64,000 bases of DNA from Octopus sinensis (taxonomy: Eukaryota): positions 91,946,001-92,010,000 of the forward strand of contig NC_042999.1 in assembly GCF_006345805.1 (NCBI RefSeq). Direction: 5' to 3'. Made by a program: the position numbers and the translations under genes. Under the pieces are notes generated by a model that was given only the letters and a program-made list of their open reading frames with translations, made no database searches and was not told the DNA's origin. This document shows, one piece after another, positions 1 to 11,594 of this stretch. Positions within the stretch are counted from its first letter, which is position 1; each line of letters begins with the position of its first letter.

Positions 1-240
1 ATACTCAGCCACTAATACGTTAATCCAAGAGCAGGCATTTCATTAAGTCGAACAACTGAATCTTTATCGTCGAGCGATGGAAAAATAACATATATCAGAC
101 TACTTTATGTACTTGTGATATATGGTACATACATTGTAAGGTGAATGCAAATTCACCCTACTATACAATGTCACACATTTTGAATTTTAAATTAGACAGA
201 AGAGTACCCAAAGCAAATATTCTTTTCTGCTCAAGGCACA

Positions 241-835
241 AGGACCGAAATTTTGGGGGAGGGGGCCAGTTGATTAGATCGACCTCAGTACGCAACTGGT
301 ACTTAAGTTATCGATCCCGAAAGGATGAAAGGTAAAGTCGACCTCGGCGGTATTTGAACTCAGACCGTAAAAACAGATGAAATACCTATTTCTTTATTAC
401 CCACAAGGGGCTAAACACAGAGGGGACAAACAAGGACAGACATAGGTATTAAGTCGATTACATCGACCCCAGTGCGTAACTGGTACTTAATTTATCGACC
501 CCGAAAGGATGAAAGGTAAAGTCGACCTCAGCGGTATTTGAACTCAGACCGTAAAAACAGATGAAATACCGCTAAGCTTTTCGCCCGGCGCGCTAACGTT
601 TCTTATTTCTTTACTACCCACAAGGGGCTAAACACAGAGAGAACAAACAAGGACAGACAAAGGGATTAAGTCGATTATATCGACCCCAGTGCGTAACTGG
701 TACTTGTTTAATCGACCCCGAAAGGGTGAAAGGCAAAGTCGAACTCGGCGGAATTTGAACACAGAAAGTAGCAGCAGATGCAATACCGCTAGGCATTTCG
801 CCCGGCATGCTAACGTTTCTGCCAGCTCACCGCCT
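241..835 (-). mobile_element. Trimeric array of Octopus-type tRNA-derived SINE (family A)
   Basis: Three tandem copies of the core gtcgacctcggcggaatttgaactcag (B-box GTTCAAAT on the minus strand). Units span about 241-385, 386-601 and 602-835. The head (ggcggtgagctggcagaaacgttagc on the minus strand) lies at the right end. Confidence 0.85.
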
Positions 836-1294
836 TACTCAAAGCAAATATTATCATTAACAAAGAAAAAAGAAGAGAAAGAGTAAATCATCTACTTTAG
901 CAATCACTGTATTTGCAAAGGTCAGATATTAGGGCACTTACAGAAGAACATTAACTAATATTGACACGAAATACTCAAAACATGCACCATACTATTTTAA
1001 TTATAATTGCTAATTTAAAGCTTTCCGGTGTGTTAAATGGAATTCCATAAAAAGCCGAAAAAAAGGTCTTTATTGAAAAATATTTCTCAATATCACGTGA
1101 TACTATCCAATAAGCAGCCAACAGTTAATGGCATCGATTCTCAATAGACACTCAAACGATAGACTAAACATCGGCCCTCTAGCGATACTGCTTCTAGTCT
1201 AATAAAAAGCAATTACAGATTCTCGAAGTCAATGTATCAAATGTAGCATGGAATTGATAAGGGAGTTAAAATCATTTGAAGTTTTCAACTTTAT

Positions 1295-1416
1295 AACCTC
1301 CTCTCTCACTCTCCCTCTTTTTTTTATCTCTCTCTCTCTCTCCCTCTTTGACTCACTCACTCACTTCCCACTCTTTTCCTTTTACACACCCACACAGACA
1401 GATACAATGACACTCA

Positions 1417-1467
<51 letters not shown>

Positions 1468-1580
1468 CATATGCATGTATGTATGTATGTATGTATGCAT
1501 GTATGCATGTATGCATGTACGCATGTATGTATGTATGTGCACGGGCACGCACACACACAAATACATACACATTCACATAA
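1295..1580. repeat. Compound microsatellite (CT)n-(TA)n-(TATG)n-(CA)n
   Basis: Seen directly; explains ORFs 1248, 1353, 1382 and 1475. Confidence 0.95.
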
Positions 1581-1677
1581 ACACATACACAAACATTCTC
1601 ACCTATAATTTGTTTATTTCACTTTCTCCAGGTTTGCCTAAATACCTACACTTGTACAAACCATCCCTCACGAAATG

Positions 1678-2518
1678 CGTGATATTTTCTATATATCACT
1701 CTAGCGCTTTCCCCTCTTCACTTCACAATATTCGTTTTATCTCGTGTTAAAATAATTTTTATGGAAGTATGACCACAGTATCTGGTGGTGACACGCAATA
1801 TTTCGCGTCATTGAGAGAGAAAATATGAATATCATATTTAGCTAGCTAACCAGATAGAGAAATGTATGCGAATATACATACGTGAATACATCCCGAAACA
1901 GAGAGAGAGAGAGGAGGAGGAACTGCAGTATCTCAAAGAACGAACGAATACATGTGTATGCTTCTTCCTATTTATTGAGGCGGCGAGCTGGCAGAAACGT
2001 TAGCACGTTGGACGAAATGCGTATTTCGTCTGCCGCTTCGTTCTGAGTTCAAATTCCGCCGAGGTCGACTTTGCCTTTCATCCTTTCGCGGTCGATTAAA
2101 TAACTACCAGTTACGCACTGGGGTCGATATAATCGACTAAACCCGTTTGTCTCTCCTTGTTTGTTCTCTCTGTGTTTAGCCCCTTGTGGGTAGTAAAGAA
2201 ATAGGTACTTCGCCCGTATTTACGTTCTAGATTCAAATGTCCTCGAGATCGTCTTTACCTTTCATCTTTATGAGGTCAATAACATAAGTGCCAGCTGACT
2301 TTGGTAGCATTCGAACTCAGAACGTTAAGAGGGGAGAAATACCGCTAATCATATTGGCCGGCATGCTAATGATTCAGCCAGCATGCTGCCTTAATCGATC
2401 GTGTCGCCACCAGATACTGTGGTCATACTGCAATAAAAATTATTTTAACACGAGATAAAACGAATATTATGAAGCGAAGAGGGGAAAGCGCTAGAGAGAT
2501 ATATAGACAAATATCACG
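1678..2518. repeat. About 118-bp inverted repeat pair (1678-1795 and 2400-2518) enclosing SINEs
   Basis: cgtgatattt...ctagcgctttcccctcttc...gaccacagtatctggtggtgacacg recurs as its reverse complement at 2400-2518 with few mismatches. Confidence 0.85.
1980..2290 (+). mobile_element. SINE family A, dimeric form with decayed second unit
   Basis: Head ggcggcgagctggcagaaacgttagc, B-box gagttcaaattcc, tail ccccttgtgggtagtaaagaaatagg, then a second degenerate core. A decayed minus-strand copy follows at about 2300-2392. Confidence 0.85.
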
Positions 2519-2948
2519 ATATGATAGATAAATTGAGAAGGAGGGGCACATTGATAGATTGAATAGACTACAAGCAAGTGTGAAGATATATATAGATTAA
2601 TACACCGAGAGACATGCTGAAAAGGGGCAGGAATGCATTAAATATAGAAATATAAACTTGTGTTACATCTCAGACACTCACGTAGAATCACATACATATA
2701 CGTATATGCGTGCACACACACACAAACACAGACATATATATATAGGTACAAACCAAAGCATGATCTAAGATAATTGGTTTGCTGTAGATAGTATCAGTGA
2801 AAACCTTCAGTGGATGGGGTTTCCATAAAACTTTTACATTACGGCAGCAAATTGTAAAATAAAACAAGAACATTGAATCTTTTTTCATTCTGATAATCAA
2901 TTCTACCACCTACGCACATACACACACACACACACCACACACACACAC

Positions 2949-2984
<36 letters not shown>

Positions 2985-2997
2985 GAATATAATATAT

Positions 2998-3029
<32 letters not shown>

Positions 3030-3122
3030 ATATATATATATATTTATATATACATATATATATATCTATATATATATATGTGTGTGCGTGTATATGCGCA
3101 TATACATATATATTGATATATT

Positions 3123-3271
3123 TACGACGGGCTTCTTTCAGTTTCCATCTACCAAATCCACTCTCAATATTTTGGTCGGCCCAGGGCTAAAGTAGAAGAT
3201 ACCTGCTCAGGGTGCCGCGCATTGCGATTGGACCCATTACCTCAAGTTTCCGCAACAAGCTTCTTAACCAC
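3123..3271 (-). mobile_element. SINE family B (5' part)
   Basis: Reverse complement resembles gtggttaagaagcttg...gcaggtatcttctac...ggccgaccaaa...ggtagatggaaactgaaagaaagcccgtcg; the same motif recurs at 7.6, 16.4, 17.1, 42.5 and 54.5 kb. Confidence 0.75.
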
Positions 3272-4744
3272 GTATATAACCACTCAAATCAAAATAATGC
3301 TAACAGATTAACCACATAGCAATTTGCCCAAAAGACAAATCCAAGGGAGAGAAACATTCAAAAGACAAGTGTAAACTCTCATTCTGTGTGTGTGTTTTTG
3401 GCGGGTGAGGGTGGGGGGTCTATGCGAAATACATTTATTTTAAATCAAAAAATAAAGGTACTGGTAGCTACTGATGTAAATATGAAACAAATTGTGAGTA
3501 TTTGCTGTTGTAAGTAGTCATCCGCCTCAAACTTAAATTCCATATTACATATATGTACATTAAAAATGAGGACGGGCCATAGAATTATAGCTAGACGGGC
3601 GTTTAAAAACTTTTAGTAAATCGAAAAGGATAATAGTTAAAAAGTTCCAAAAGTCCTGCTTCCTCACAAATCTTGCCTTCCTTAATATTGTGTTTCGATA
3701 TCTAATACATGTTGATGGCAATCTGGTAAATTTTTACAGAGGTTATTGCTATGAATGCAATATACAAGCAAACCTCAAAATATGTATATAATCGTTTTAT
3801 AATGTTTACAAATTTATTAAATTTCTGTAATGAAAACTTTATTCTTTTGTTCTTCCTTTTATTATATTTTATTTTCCAATACATTGGACAGTTTTAAAAT
3901 GCTGAAAACAGTTGCAAAATAATTCGAACCTCTTTAGTTTCCCACCCTAAATGAAGGTTAGCATGCTATTTCCTAACTCCAACACTGTACTGACGTTGTT
4001 ATTATTGTTGGTAGTGGTGGTACTGTGTTTATTTTGACACATTTATAGCTGGCCGAAAACTCTGTGCAACCCCATAAATCCAGCTTTTTACATATCGCAA
4101 ACTTCGTCTTTCGCAGGAGTGTCTAAGTCCGGCAACTGTGAATTATCTCGCGTAGAATTATCTCTCGCTCTAGTGGCGTTCCTACCGAGGTTGTCTCGTC
4201 TTCTTTACGAATATACGGTTATTGAAGTGGTGACTTCTGCAATATATTTCTTTTCTTTTAGAGATGGTATTGCTTTGGATCGAAGACGTGTACATTAATG
4301 GTGGAGTCAATCCTAATTTAAATATCTGCATTATTGACTTACAATCAATATATACCCCACAGATATTTTACTCTCTACCCCATGTCCGCATTATGCCAAT
4401 AGTTAGTCTATCATTGGATATATAAAACCAGAGTAGATTAAAATAAAAAAAAATATTTTCCCATTATTTAACACCCTATGTCGGTTGAACAGCACCTATG
4501 ACTCCTTACCGGAGTAAAATGGTATTCCTCACTATATAAATAAGATATCTTTATATTCAAAATACCACAAAAACATAATTTTACTATTCTTCTTAATTTT
4601 ACTAAACAACCACAAATAATATTCTTGTATCAATCAATTCAGTTAACTTCAGCCTTCGCCTACGTATTTACAAATTAGCGCCAATATGAAAATTGATGAG
4701 TATATTTCAAGCTATTGTGTAATATATTTCCTTTTACTAATTAT

Positions 4745-4770
4745 ATTCTTTCTTTTCTTCTCTTTCCCAG
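4745..4770 (+). promoter_or_regulatory. Splice acceptor preceding the neuropeptide coding exon
   Basis: Long polypyrimidine tract ttctttcttttcttctctttcccAG ending at 4770, 16 nt before the ATG at 4787. The ORF-track extension from 4715 is therefore probably intronic. Confidence 0.8.
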
Positions 4771-4786
4771 AATCTTATTAAAGAAA

Positions 4787-5566
4787 ATGGCCGGTCTTTG
4801 GAGAATCGTTCTTTTAGCAACAATTACTTTGATGTGTGTGACATCACAATGGGTTATCTATGTCCAGGCTGAAGAAGCTTCAAGCAGCGACGAATTGGTG
4901 AACAGTGCGAATGAAGCTGAACCTGAAATGGATAGTGAAGATGATCTGAAACGAGCAAATACATTTCTTCGAATAGGTAAAGCAAACGGAATTTTACGTT
5001 TAGCTCGAAGCCCTAGTTCTTTCCTGAGAATTGGACGTCGCCCCCCATTGCACTTTGTTAGAATCGGTAAAGCTCCATCAAGCATGTTTCTAAGAATTGG
5101 CAAAAGAGTTGATGATAGCGAAAATGAAGATCTAAACGACTACGATGCAGATAAAATGTCAGGGCGTGATACCAGAGCCAGTCCATCTTCGTTTCTTAGA
5201 ATTGGAAAATCAGGAAATGAAGTAGAAGATGAAATTGATGACACGGATGAAACTGTTAAACGTGTTAACGCATTTCTACGTATTGGTCGACAAAACGATC
5301 CATCTTCATTCCTGAGAATTGGTAAAAGTTTGAATAATGAAGATCTCTCTAAGGACAAACGTACCAACGCTTTCCTCAGAATCGGAAAAATACCCGCCTC
5401 ATCATTCATTCGCTTAGGTCGTGGACCTTTCACAGAAGATAATGGCATCAACACTCGTGGATTCCGCGGTCCGACACGGGGCTTTTTAAGGATTGGCAAA
5501 CGCGCAGCGATCCCTGATGGAAGCCATGCCGATTATTTCAGTGATCTAAACGTCAAATCTCAATGA
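4787..5566 (+). CDS. FxRIa: FxRIamide (FLRIamide / S-Iamide family) neuropeptide precursor, 259 aa
   Basis: Hydrophobic signal peptide MAGLWRIVLLATITLMCVTSQWVIYVQA and acidic spacers. Nine F-[LV]-R-I-G units and one FIRLG unit, each followed by K, R, KR or RR (convertase site plus Gly amide donor). This matches the lophotrochozoan FxRIamide architecture. Confidence 0.95.
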   Translation: MAGLWRIVLLATITLMCVTSQWVIYVQAEEASSSDELVNSANEAEPEMDSEDDLKRANTFLRIGKANGILRLARSPSSFLRIGRRPPLHFVRIGKAPSSMFLRIGKRVDDSENEDLNDYDADKMSGRDTRASPSSFLRIGKSGNEVEDEIDDTDETVKRVNAFLRIGRQNDPSSFLRIGKSLNNEDLSKDKRTNAFLRIGKIPASSFIRLGRGPFTEDNGINTRGFRGPTRGFLRIGKRAAIPDGSHADYFSDLNVKSQ

Positions 5567-5579
5567 GTCTACTACTATT

Positions 5580-5585
5580 AATAAA
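5580..5585 (+). terminator. Candidate polyadenylation signal AATAAA
   Basis: AATAAA 14 nt after the stop codon; the real 3' UTR may be longer. Confidence 0.35.
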
Positions 5586-5818
5586 AGAAACCGGTTAAAG
5601 GGAACAATTTAGAATTAAAAGAAAAGATTACCATTTGGAAATGATTCTGAAACGAATAAGGACTATCACCGACGCAATGAAACAAGAAACCAAAAAATAC
5701 AACACAATACTTTAAGAATTCCACAAATATACAGAAATATTTCTTCTGAGACAGCTTTAAATACAGGACACAGAAAATATTTTTGTTCTACATATATATA
5801 TATATAAATTAGGAAGAT

Positions 5819-5855
<37 letters not shown>

Positions 5856-6514
5856 GTGTGTGTATGTATATGTTTATATATATATGTTCTATTTTGAGAG
5901 GGTCATTTTGATTCTCACAAGATGCATCTATTTCAACACACGTTTTCACATCAGAGTGTTGCAAAACAAATACTGAATTAAAATATATATGCGTGAATGT
6001 GTGTATGTTTGTGTTTGTGTGTATGTATTTGCGTGCATCCGTTTGTATGTTTGAGTGAGAGTATGAATAATTTGTGTTTATTTGTATGCACGAGAGAATA
6101 GATATGTGTCAAAGGAGCGTAAATGCAAAATACCGTGTCTGTAGTAGTAAATAGAGGGCATTAATATGTGAAGTTCAGACAAATATATCATCGTAGGGAC
6201 AATGTCTTTTCATGAAATCCACTCCACTTTCAAAACCTGCAACATACCTTACAGCATTCACACACATGCATAAATGCACACACAGTTATAAATGTAAATA
6301 AACATATAAATATATACACATATACAAGCAAGCATATATACAAGTATATATTCCAGTATATGCACGTATATGTGTAGGCAAATTTTTAGATTTGGTTTGT
6401 GTGAATGTATGTAATACATCAGTAGCCTCAGCGTGTGTATATCTGAGTTTATGTCTGTATGTATGTATGTGTGTGTGCGTGCGTGTGTGCGTGCGTGCGT
6501 GTGTGTGTGCGTGC

Positions 6515-6556
<42 letters not shown>

Positions 6557-7304
6557 TGTGTGTGTGTGTGTTTGTCTCGAAGTATGTGTCAGCAGTAAGG
6601 GTGTACGTGAAATGGAAGAGAAACAAACAAATCTAAATTATATCAAATTATCTAAATGAGAAAAGAGAAAGAGAGAAAGAACGTAAGATTGAGAAGTAAT
6701 ATTTCCTAAAGTGGATGGTCTGAACTTCATATTTTGGTGTCCAATATTAACGACACGCACCCAAATTCTAACGAGTAATATCCGGAGGATATCTCTCCTT
6801 GTCCGAGAAGTGGACAATTGCCGGTATTTTGCTGTAAATTTCTTACATGATGTAAATTTTTTTCTTCATAAAAATAACAACCATTCCCCAAAGAAAATAT
6901 AATATAAAATAAAATAAAATAAACCCTCAGATATCTTATCTGAAATGATGTTGATATTTGTGTTGAAAACGTAAAAATGATAATAAAAATTGATCATGAT
7001 ATAAAATAATTATGTTTCAAAGTTACTGCATTCCAGAAGGGTTTCTTTCGTTTCTTTATTTAATAAAATATGAAAGCAGCCATTAGATATATATTTGAAT
7101 TCGTTTGATCAGGCAATATATTTTAACAGCTTCCATGATTGATAGATTGGCCAAAGTGGACCCTCTAAAATTTGAAGTTAAAAGCTAAGCAGTCTATCAA
7201 ATATTCTCTTTTAAAAGCTACTGACCTATTATAGGTGTAGTCTCAATCAATCACCTACTTCTAGCGGCTTTAGTAGTATTCAGAAAGATTTCTGAAGAAC
7301 TGCG

Positions 7305-7314
7305 TATCTGTCTG

Positions 7315-7363
<49 letters not shown>

Positions 7364-7390
7364 ATATCTGTCTGTCTATCCATCTATCTG

Positions 7391-7456
<66 letters not shown>

Positions 7457-7502
7457 CATCTATATATATATCTGTCTTTCTATCCATCTATCTATCTATC
7501 TT

Positions 7503-7555
<53 letters not shown>

Positions 7556-7620
7556 ATGTCTGTCTGTCTCTGTCTATTTGTCTGCCTGTCTGTCTGTCTG
7601 TTTATATGTATGTATGTATC
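7305..7620. repeat. (TATC)n/(TGTC)n microsatellite
   Basis: Seen directly. Confidence 0.95.
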
Positions 7621-7634
7621 TTATTCTTTCTCTA

Positions 7635-8007
7635 ACATGATTGCTTTCTAAACATGTGATTCAGTCCCAGAGCGTAACACCTTGGGCAAGTGTCTTCTAC
7701 ATTAGCATTGGGCCGACCAAAGCCTTGTGAGTGGATATGACAGACAGAAACGGAAAGAATGAGAGAAGTCTGTTGTATATGTATGTGAATGTGTGTGTAC
7801 GTGTGTGTGTGTCTGTATTGTCCTGCCATCTCTTGAAGACCGATGGTGGTGTGTAACTTAGTAGTTCAGTAAAATTGACCGATACAAAAAGCACTAGGCT
7901 TACAAAGAATAAGTCCTGGAATCCATTTCTTCGACGAAAACCCTTTAAGACAGTGCTCCGGCATAACTGTAGTCAAATGACTGAAACAAATGAAAGAATA
8001 AAAGAAT
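7635..8007 (+). mobile_element. SINE family B, near full length and decayed
   Basis: caccttgggcaagtgtcttctac...gggccgaccaaagccttgtgagtggat, an internal GT tract, and tail actaggcttacaaagaataagtcctgg...gtcaaatgactgaaacaaatgaaagaataaaagaat. Confidence 0.8.
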
Positions 8008-8949
8008 ATATATATATATATATATTATAATATATTATATACGTGCGCACATACACAGGCGCACGTTCACACACATACACACACACACACATACTCAGAA
8101 CGCCTATCAGATGTCATTTCGAGTTCCACAGACAACCTTCGACTATCCGAAGGGGTTTTGGCCCAATATTTACACACTATTATCTATAGTTTTATATGCT
8201 TCGAGGTTTACCGTTCCTAAAAAGAATGATTTGATGTTCTCGAAGTTTCTAAATTCTTGAGATGTCAAAGAAGTTGTCCTTGTTTCCATCGCTCTAAGTG
8301 GCATTTTAGGCAGGTTTCTTTTCTATTGTCTCAGGTCAACCCAATGAGTTAAATAGGGTACCAGGGTGAACATTGAGCAACCACAATGTACCAGGGTGAA
8401 CATGGAGCAACCACTACGAGTCATCCAGATTGTATATAGGTAGAGTACTTGTTAGGTCATAGGATGGAGAGAGCGTAGGTTGTCTACATTTCAAATTTGT
8501 CGACTACACAGACGATATTTGCGATCTACACACTCGATATAGATAGGACTCGTAGACAGGGACCTAGTTACTGGATGTTGAACGTGTCCTTACCAGCAGG
8601 AAAAGACTACAGGAATCAGATTAGCGAACTAATTAAGCGACAGTTGACGGTATAATTGTTAACAATAAGTGGTGGATCGCCTGATGAATGCGATTATAGT
8701 AGAATACATAGCGTTTCTATAGAGCAAGCTATAGTGAGAAATAAGGAGAACTAGTTAGCAAACTAGGAAAGGTGATTAGTAACGTCATCGAAACCTTTTC
8801 TTGGACGTTTCACGCGAAACACGAAAGATGCGTTGTCAGAGCCAAGACTTGAGCGGTCAAACACGAAGGAACTAAAGCCGTCCGATGTGCCCAAAAAGTG
8901 GAAATGCAATTTGGCAACAAGTCTACAATCAGATATTTGATTTATTGAG

Positions 8950-9790
8950 AGGGAGTGCGTGCTACTCAGTTACGAATAAATGTATGTGGCTTTCCTGCAG
9001 CACTTTTCGCGGCTGTCCGGGAAAGGCGATGGGTCGACGGTAGTAGTGGACTTTACTTTGTACCTGAAAGACCTGCACGGCTCTTGGCAGCGGACACGAG
9101 GTTCTCCGAAAAGCCGATAACAACCACTGAAAACGGGAATGGAGGGGCGGCGATGAGCGATTGCACAAGTCCCAAATTTGTGGGTTTGGATGGTCTGCTT
9201 TATGTATTATATGTGCTCATGCGATATTTGTTCGTCGGCCACTTGGTAGACGTCTACCCTAACAGGTAGCAGGACAGGAGAATTCTTAGTGTTGTTAGCT
9301 GGGGTGTGGTAACACTGCCGAGGAAGGACGCCAACATTGAGGACGTTCTAGGGACTTTTCGGCCCATAATTCTGCTAAATTTACAATTTTGGCAAAAGTG
9401 TTAGCGAAAAGGTTGGCGCTTGTCGTCGATAGTCTGGTCGGTAAAGCGCAAAAGTGTGCAATCTAATCGACGACAACCTCCACCTTATGCGATACATCAT
9501 AGAGTCATAATAAAGAGGACTGGGACTAACGCTGGCTTCAATGGGGCCCTGATCAATTTGAATCTGTCCGAAACATTCGATAGGGTAGACCAGCGTTTCT
9601 TGGATGCCATCCTGAAAGCGGCCGGTTTCGGAGCGGTTTTCGCTGCAATGGCCAGCGACACCTGTTCGGTGATCAAAGTAAACGGCCACCTATCAGAAAT
9701 GTTTCGCATCGCACGGTCAGTGCGTCATGGCTGCCAGCTGTCGCTTCTTCTGGAGACGAGAAGGAGAAACCTTGGGGACCGAGCATATGT
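8950..9790 (+). pseudogene. Degenerate Tx1/L1-clade LINE ORF2 (APE start and RT fragment)
   Basis: LRINVCG (endonuclease start), FRPIILLN..LAKVLAKRL, GALINLNLSETFDRVDQRFL..LKAAGFG, VKVNGHLSEMFRIARSVRHGCQLS (RT domains 2-4). Many stops and deletions; ORF1 debris probably extends upstream to about 8100. Confidence 0.75.
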
Positions 9791-9839
9791 TATTGAATGG
9801 TTGAGACATGGCCGTTCCCTTTGACCACCGAACAGATGT

Positions 9840-11420
9840 CGTTGTGCATTACAGTGATCCATCCCCTGAATACAGGCTCGAAACCGGTAGCAAACTAATT
9901 TGCCAATCACCAACGACAGCAACATCTTATACAGTAACAATAATAACAACGATAATAGCATATATACTGTTACTATGGCTACAGAAGGTAACCACTGAAG
10001 AAGAAATAGCAAAGTTGCATTGAAAGACGTGAAAGTTAATGACAATGTACGGCGCTTCACAACGATAAGCAAATATAAATAGATCTATAATATAAGGAGT
10101 GAAAGGAGGATGTTTGCAGAATATTTGATAAATAGTAAGCATTGTTGCTACATGCAGCAGAAGATATGAGTAGAGATGCAGATGAACTGTTTGTTAGGAA
10201 AATGTTTGGTAACCAAAGTTGAAGAGAAAAAAGATCATCTGGAAATGAGAACGTATGGTCAGTTTAAAAGAAATATACAGGATATCAAGGATAAAACAAC
10301 ATTATGGACATGACTTAAGCGATGCAGTTCGAAGCGTACCACTGAAAACCTTATAACTGCAACACAGTACCGAGGTTTTACTATCATTTCGGTGAAGTAT
10401 AACATCTATAAACTTCTGAGACCCAGGAATGCAGACTCTGAAAGGAATGTAGAAAATGTAATCCATTTAGTAAGAGGATGCGAGATCCTTGCGCAAAAAG
10501 AATACAAGCAACGCCATGATGAAGTTTTTACCTTCATTGGCTTTTATATCGTAAATACTTTTCTGCTCCAGACACGAGGTCTGAAATTTGGTGGGAGGGG
10601 GATAATCGATTTAATAGACCCCAGTATACAACAGGTACTTAATTTATCGACCTCGAAAAGATGAAACACAAAGTCAATCTCAGCAGAATTTGAACTCAGA
10701 ACATAAAGACAAACGAAATGCCTATTTCTTTACTACCCACAAGGGGCTAAACACAGAGAGGACAAACAGGGACAGACAAAGGTATTAAGTCGATTACATC
10801 GACCCCAGTGCGTAACTGGTACTTAATTTATTGACCCCGAATGGATGAAAGGCAAAGTGGACCTCGGCAGAATTTGAACTCAGAACGTAACGGCAGACGA
10901 AATACCGCAAGCGTGCTAACGTTTCTGCCAGCTCGCCGCCTTTTTTATGTCGTAAATACTAACAAAAACAGTAACGAAGAATTGATGTGAACATGAGCCT
11001 AGTAAAGTAACGCCGGAGGAATGGAAAGCAACAAGATATTGTGGAAATATGAATTTCTAATTGATAGATTAACGGAGCATCGCTGCTCGTACATGGTCGT
11101 ATTAAACAAGAAAGAGGAATACTGTGGTATCATTGACAAAGCCATACCAAATGACGTGATAGTTGCGACTAAAAAAAATCACCGAGTATTTCGAACTCAA
11201 AATAGAGATAACAAGACTGTTTGAAATGTGTGAGGGTAATGTAAAAGTGATACCACTTGTGATCGGAGCATTTAGAGTCAATCCCATTGAAAATTCAAGA
11301 CTTCTTAAAGTGGTTGGGAATACCAGGCAAGATATGTGTTAAGCATAAAGCAGCCTTGCTAGGTCATGCGCATAAGGTACTACGCTAGGTACTGCACAGG
11401 AAAGTATTATCTGTCTGAAG
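9840..11420 (+). pseudogene. Remnant of REL-endonuclease non-LTR element (R4/Dong-like), split by a SINE
   Basis: HLVRGCEILAQKEYKQRHDEV (CCHC/RH region) before the SINE. After it: KILW..LIDRLTEHR..MVVLNKKEEYCGIIDKAIPND and VIPLVIGA (PD..D/ExK-type motif decay). Confidence 0.7.
10560..10940 (-). mobile_element. Dimeric SINE family A with 18-bp target-site duplication
   Basis: Two cores in tandem, flanked by ttttatatcgtaaatact (10542-10559) and ttttatgtcgtaaatact (10943-10960). Confidence 0.9.
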
Positions 11421-11487
11421 TCCTTTTTGGGACTTGACAGATGACTAAATACGCCGGTGCATTACCCACCTACATTGTGTGACAAAG

Positions 11488-11502
11488 TAATAATAATAAT
11501 TA

Positions 11503-11562
<60 letters not shown>

Positions 11563-11587
11563 CAGCAGCAGCAGCAGCGGCGGCGGC
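11488..11587. repeat. Graded trinucleotide array (TAA)n-(TAG)n-(CAG)n-(CGG)n
   Basis: Seen directly; explains the poly-V/poly-A ORF 11457. Confidence 0.95.
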
Positions 11588-11594
11588 TTCAAGT

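Noticed and set aside
4715-4786. N-terminal extension MCNIFPFTNYILSFLLFPRILLKK of the 283-aa ORF
   Set aside because: It runs through a polypyrimidine tract and AG acceptor; the ATG at 4787 gives a proper signal peptide.
5020-5390. Repeated TTCN3-4GAA (STAT/GAS-like) near-palindromes
   Set aside because: They are a by-product of Phe-Leu-Arg-Ile codons, with no independent evidence of regulatory use.
4858-5499. Antisense ORFs with repeated PILRK/PILRN motifs
   Set aside because: These are shadows of the repeated FLRIG codons on the opposite strand.
8358-8420. About 30-bp direct repeat gtaccagggtgaacat.gagcaaccac
   Set aside because: Only two copies with no spacers (not CRISPR-like); probably a local duplication within Tx1 debris.
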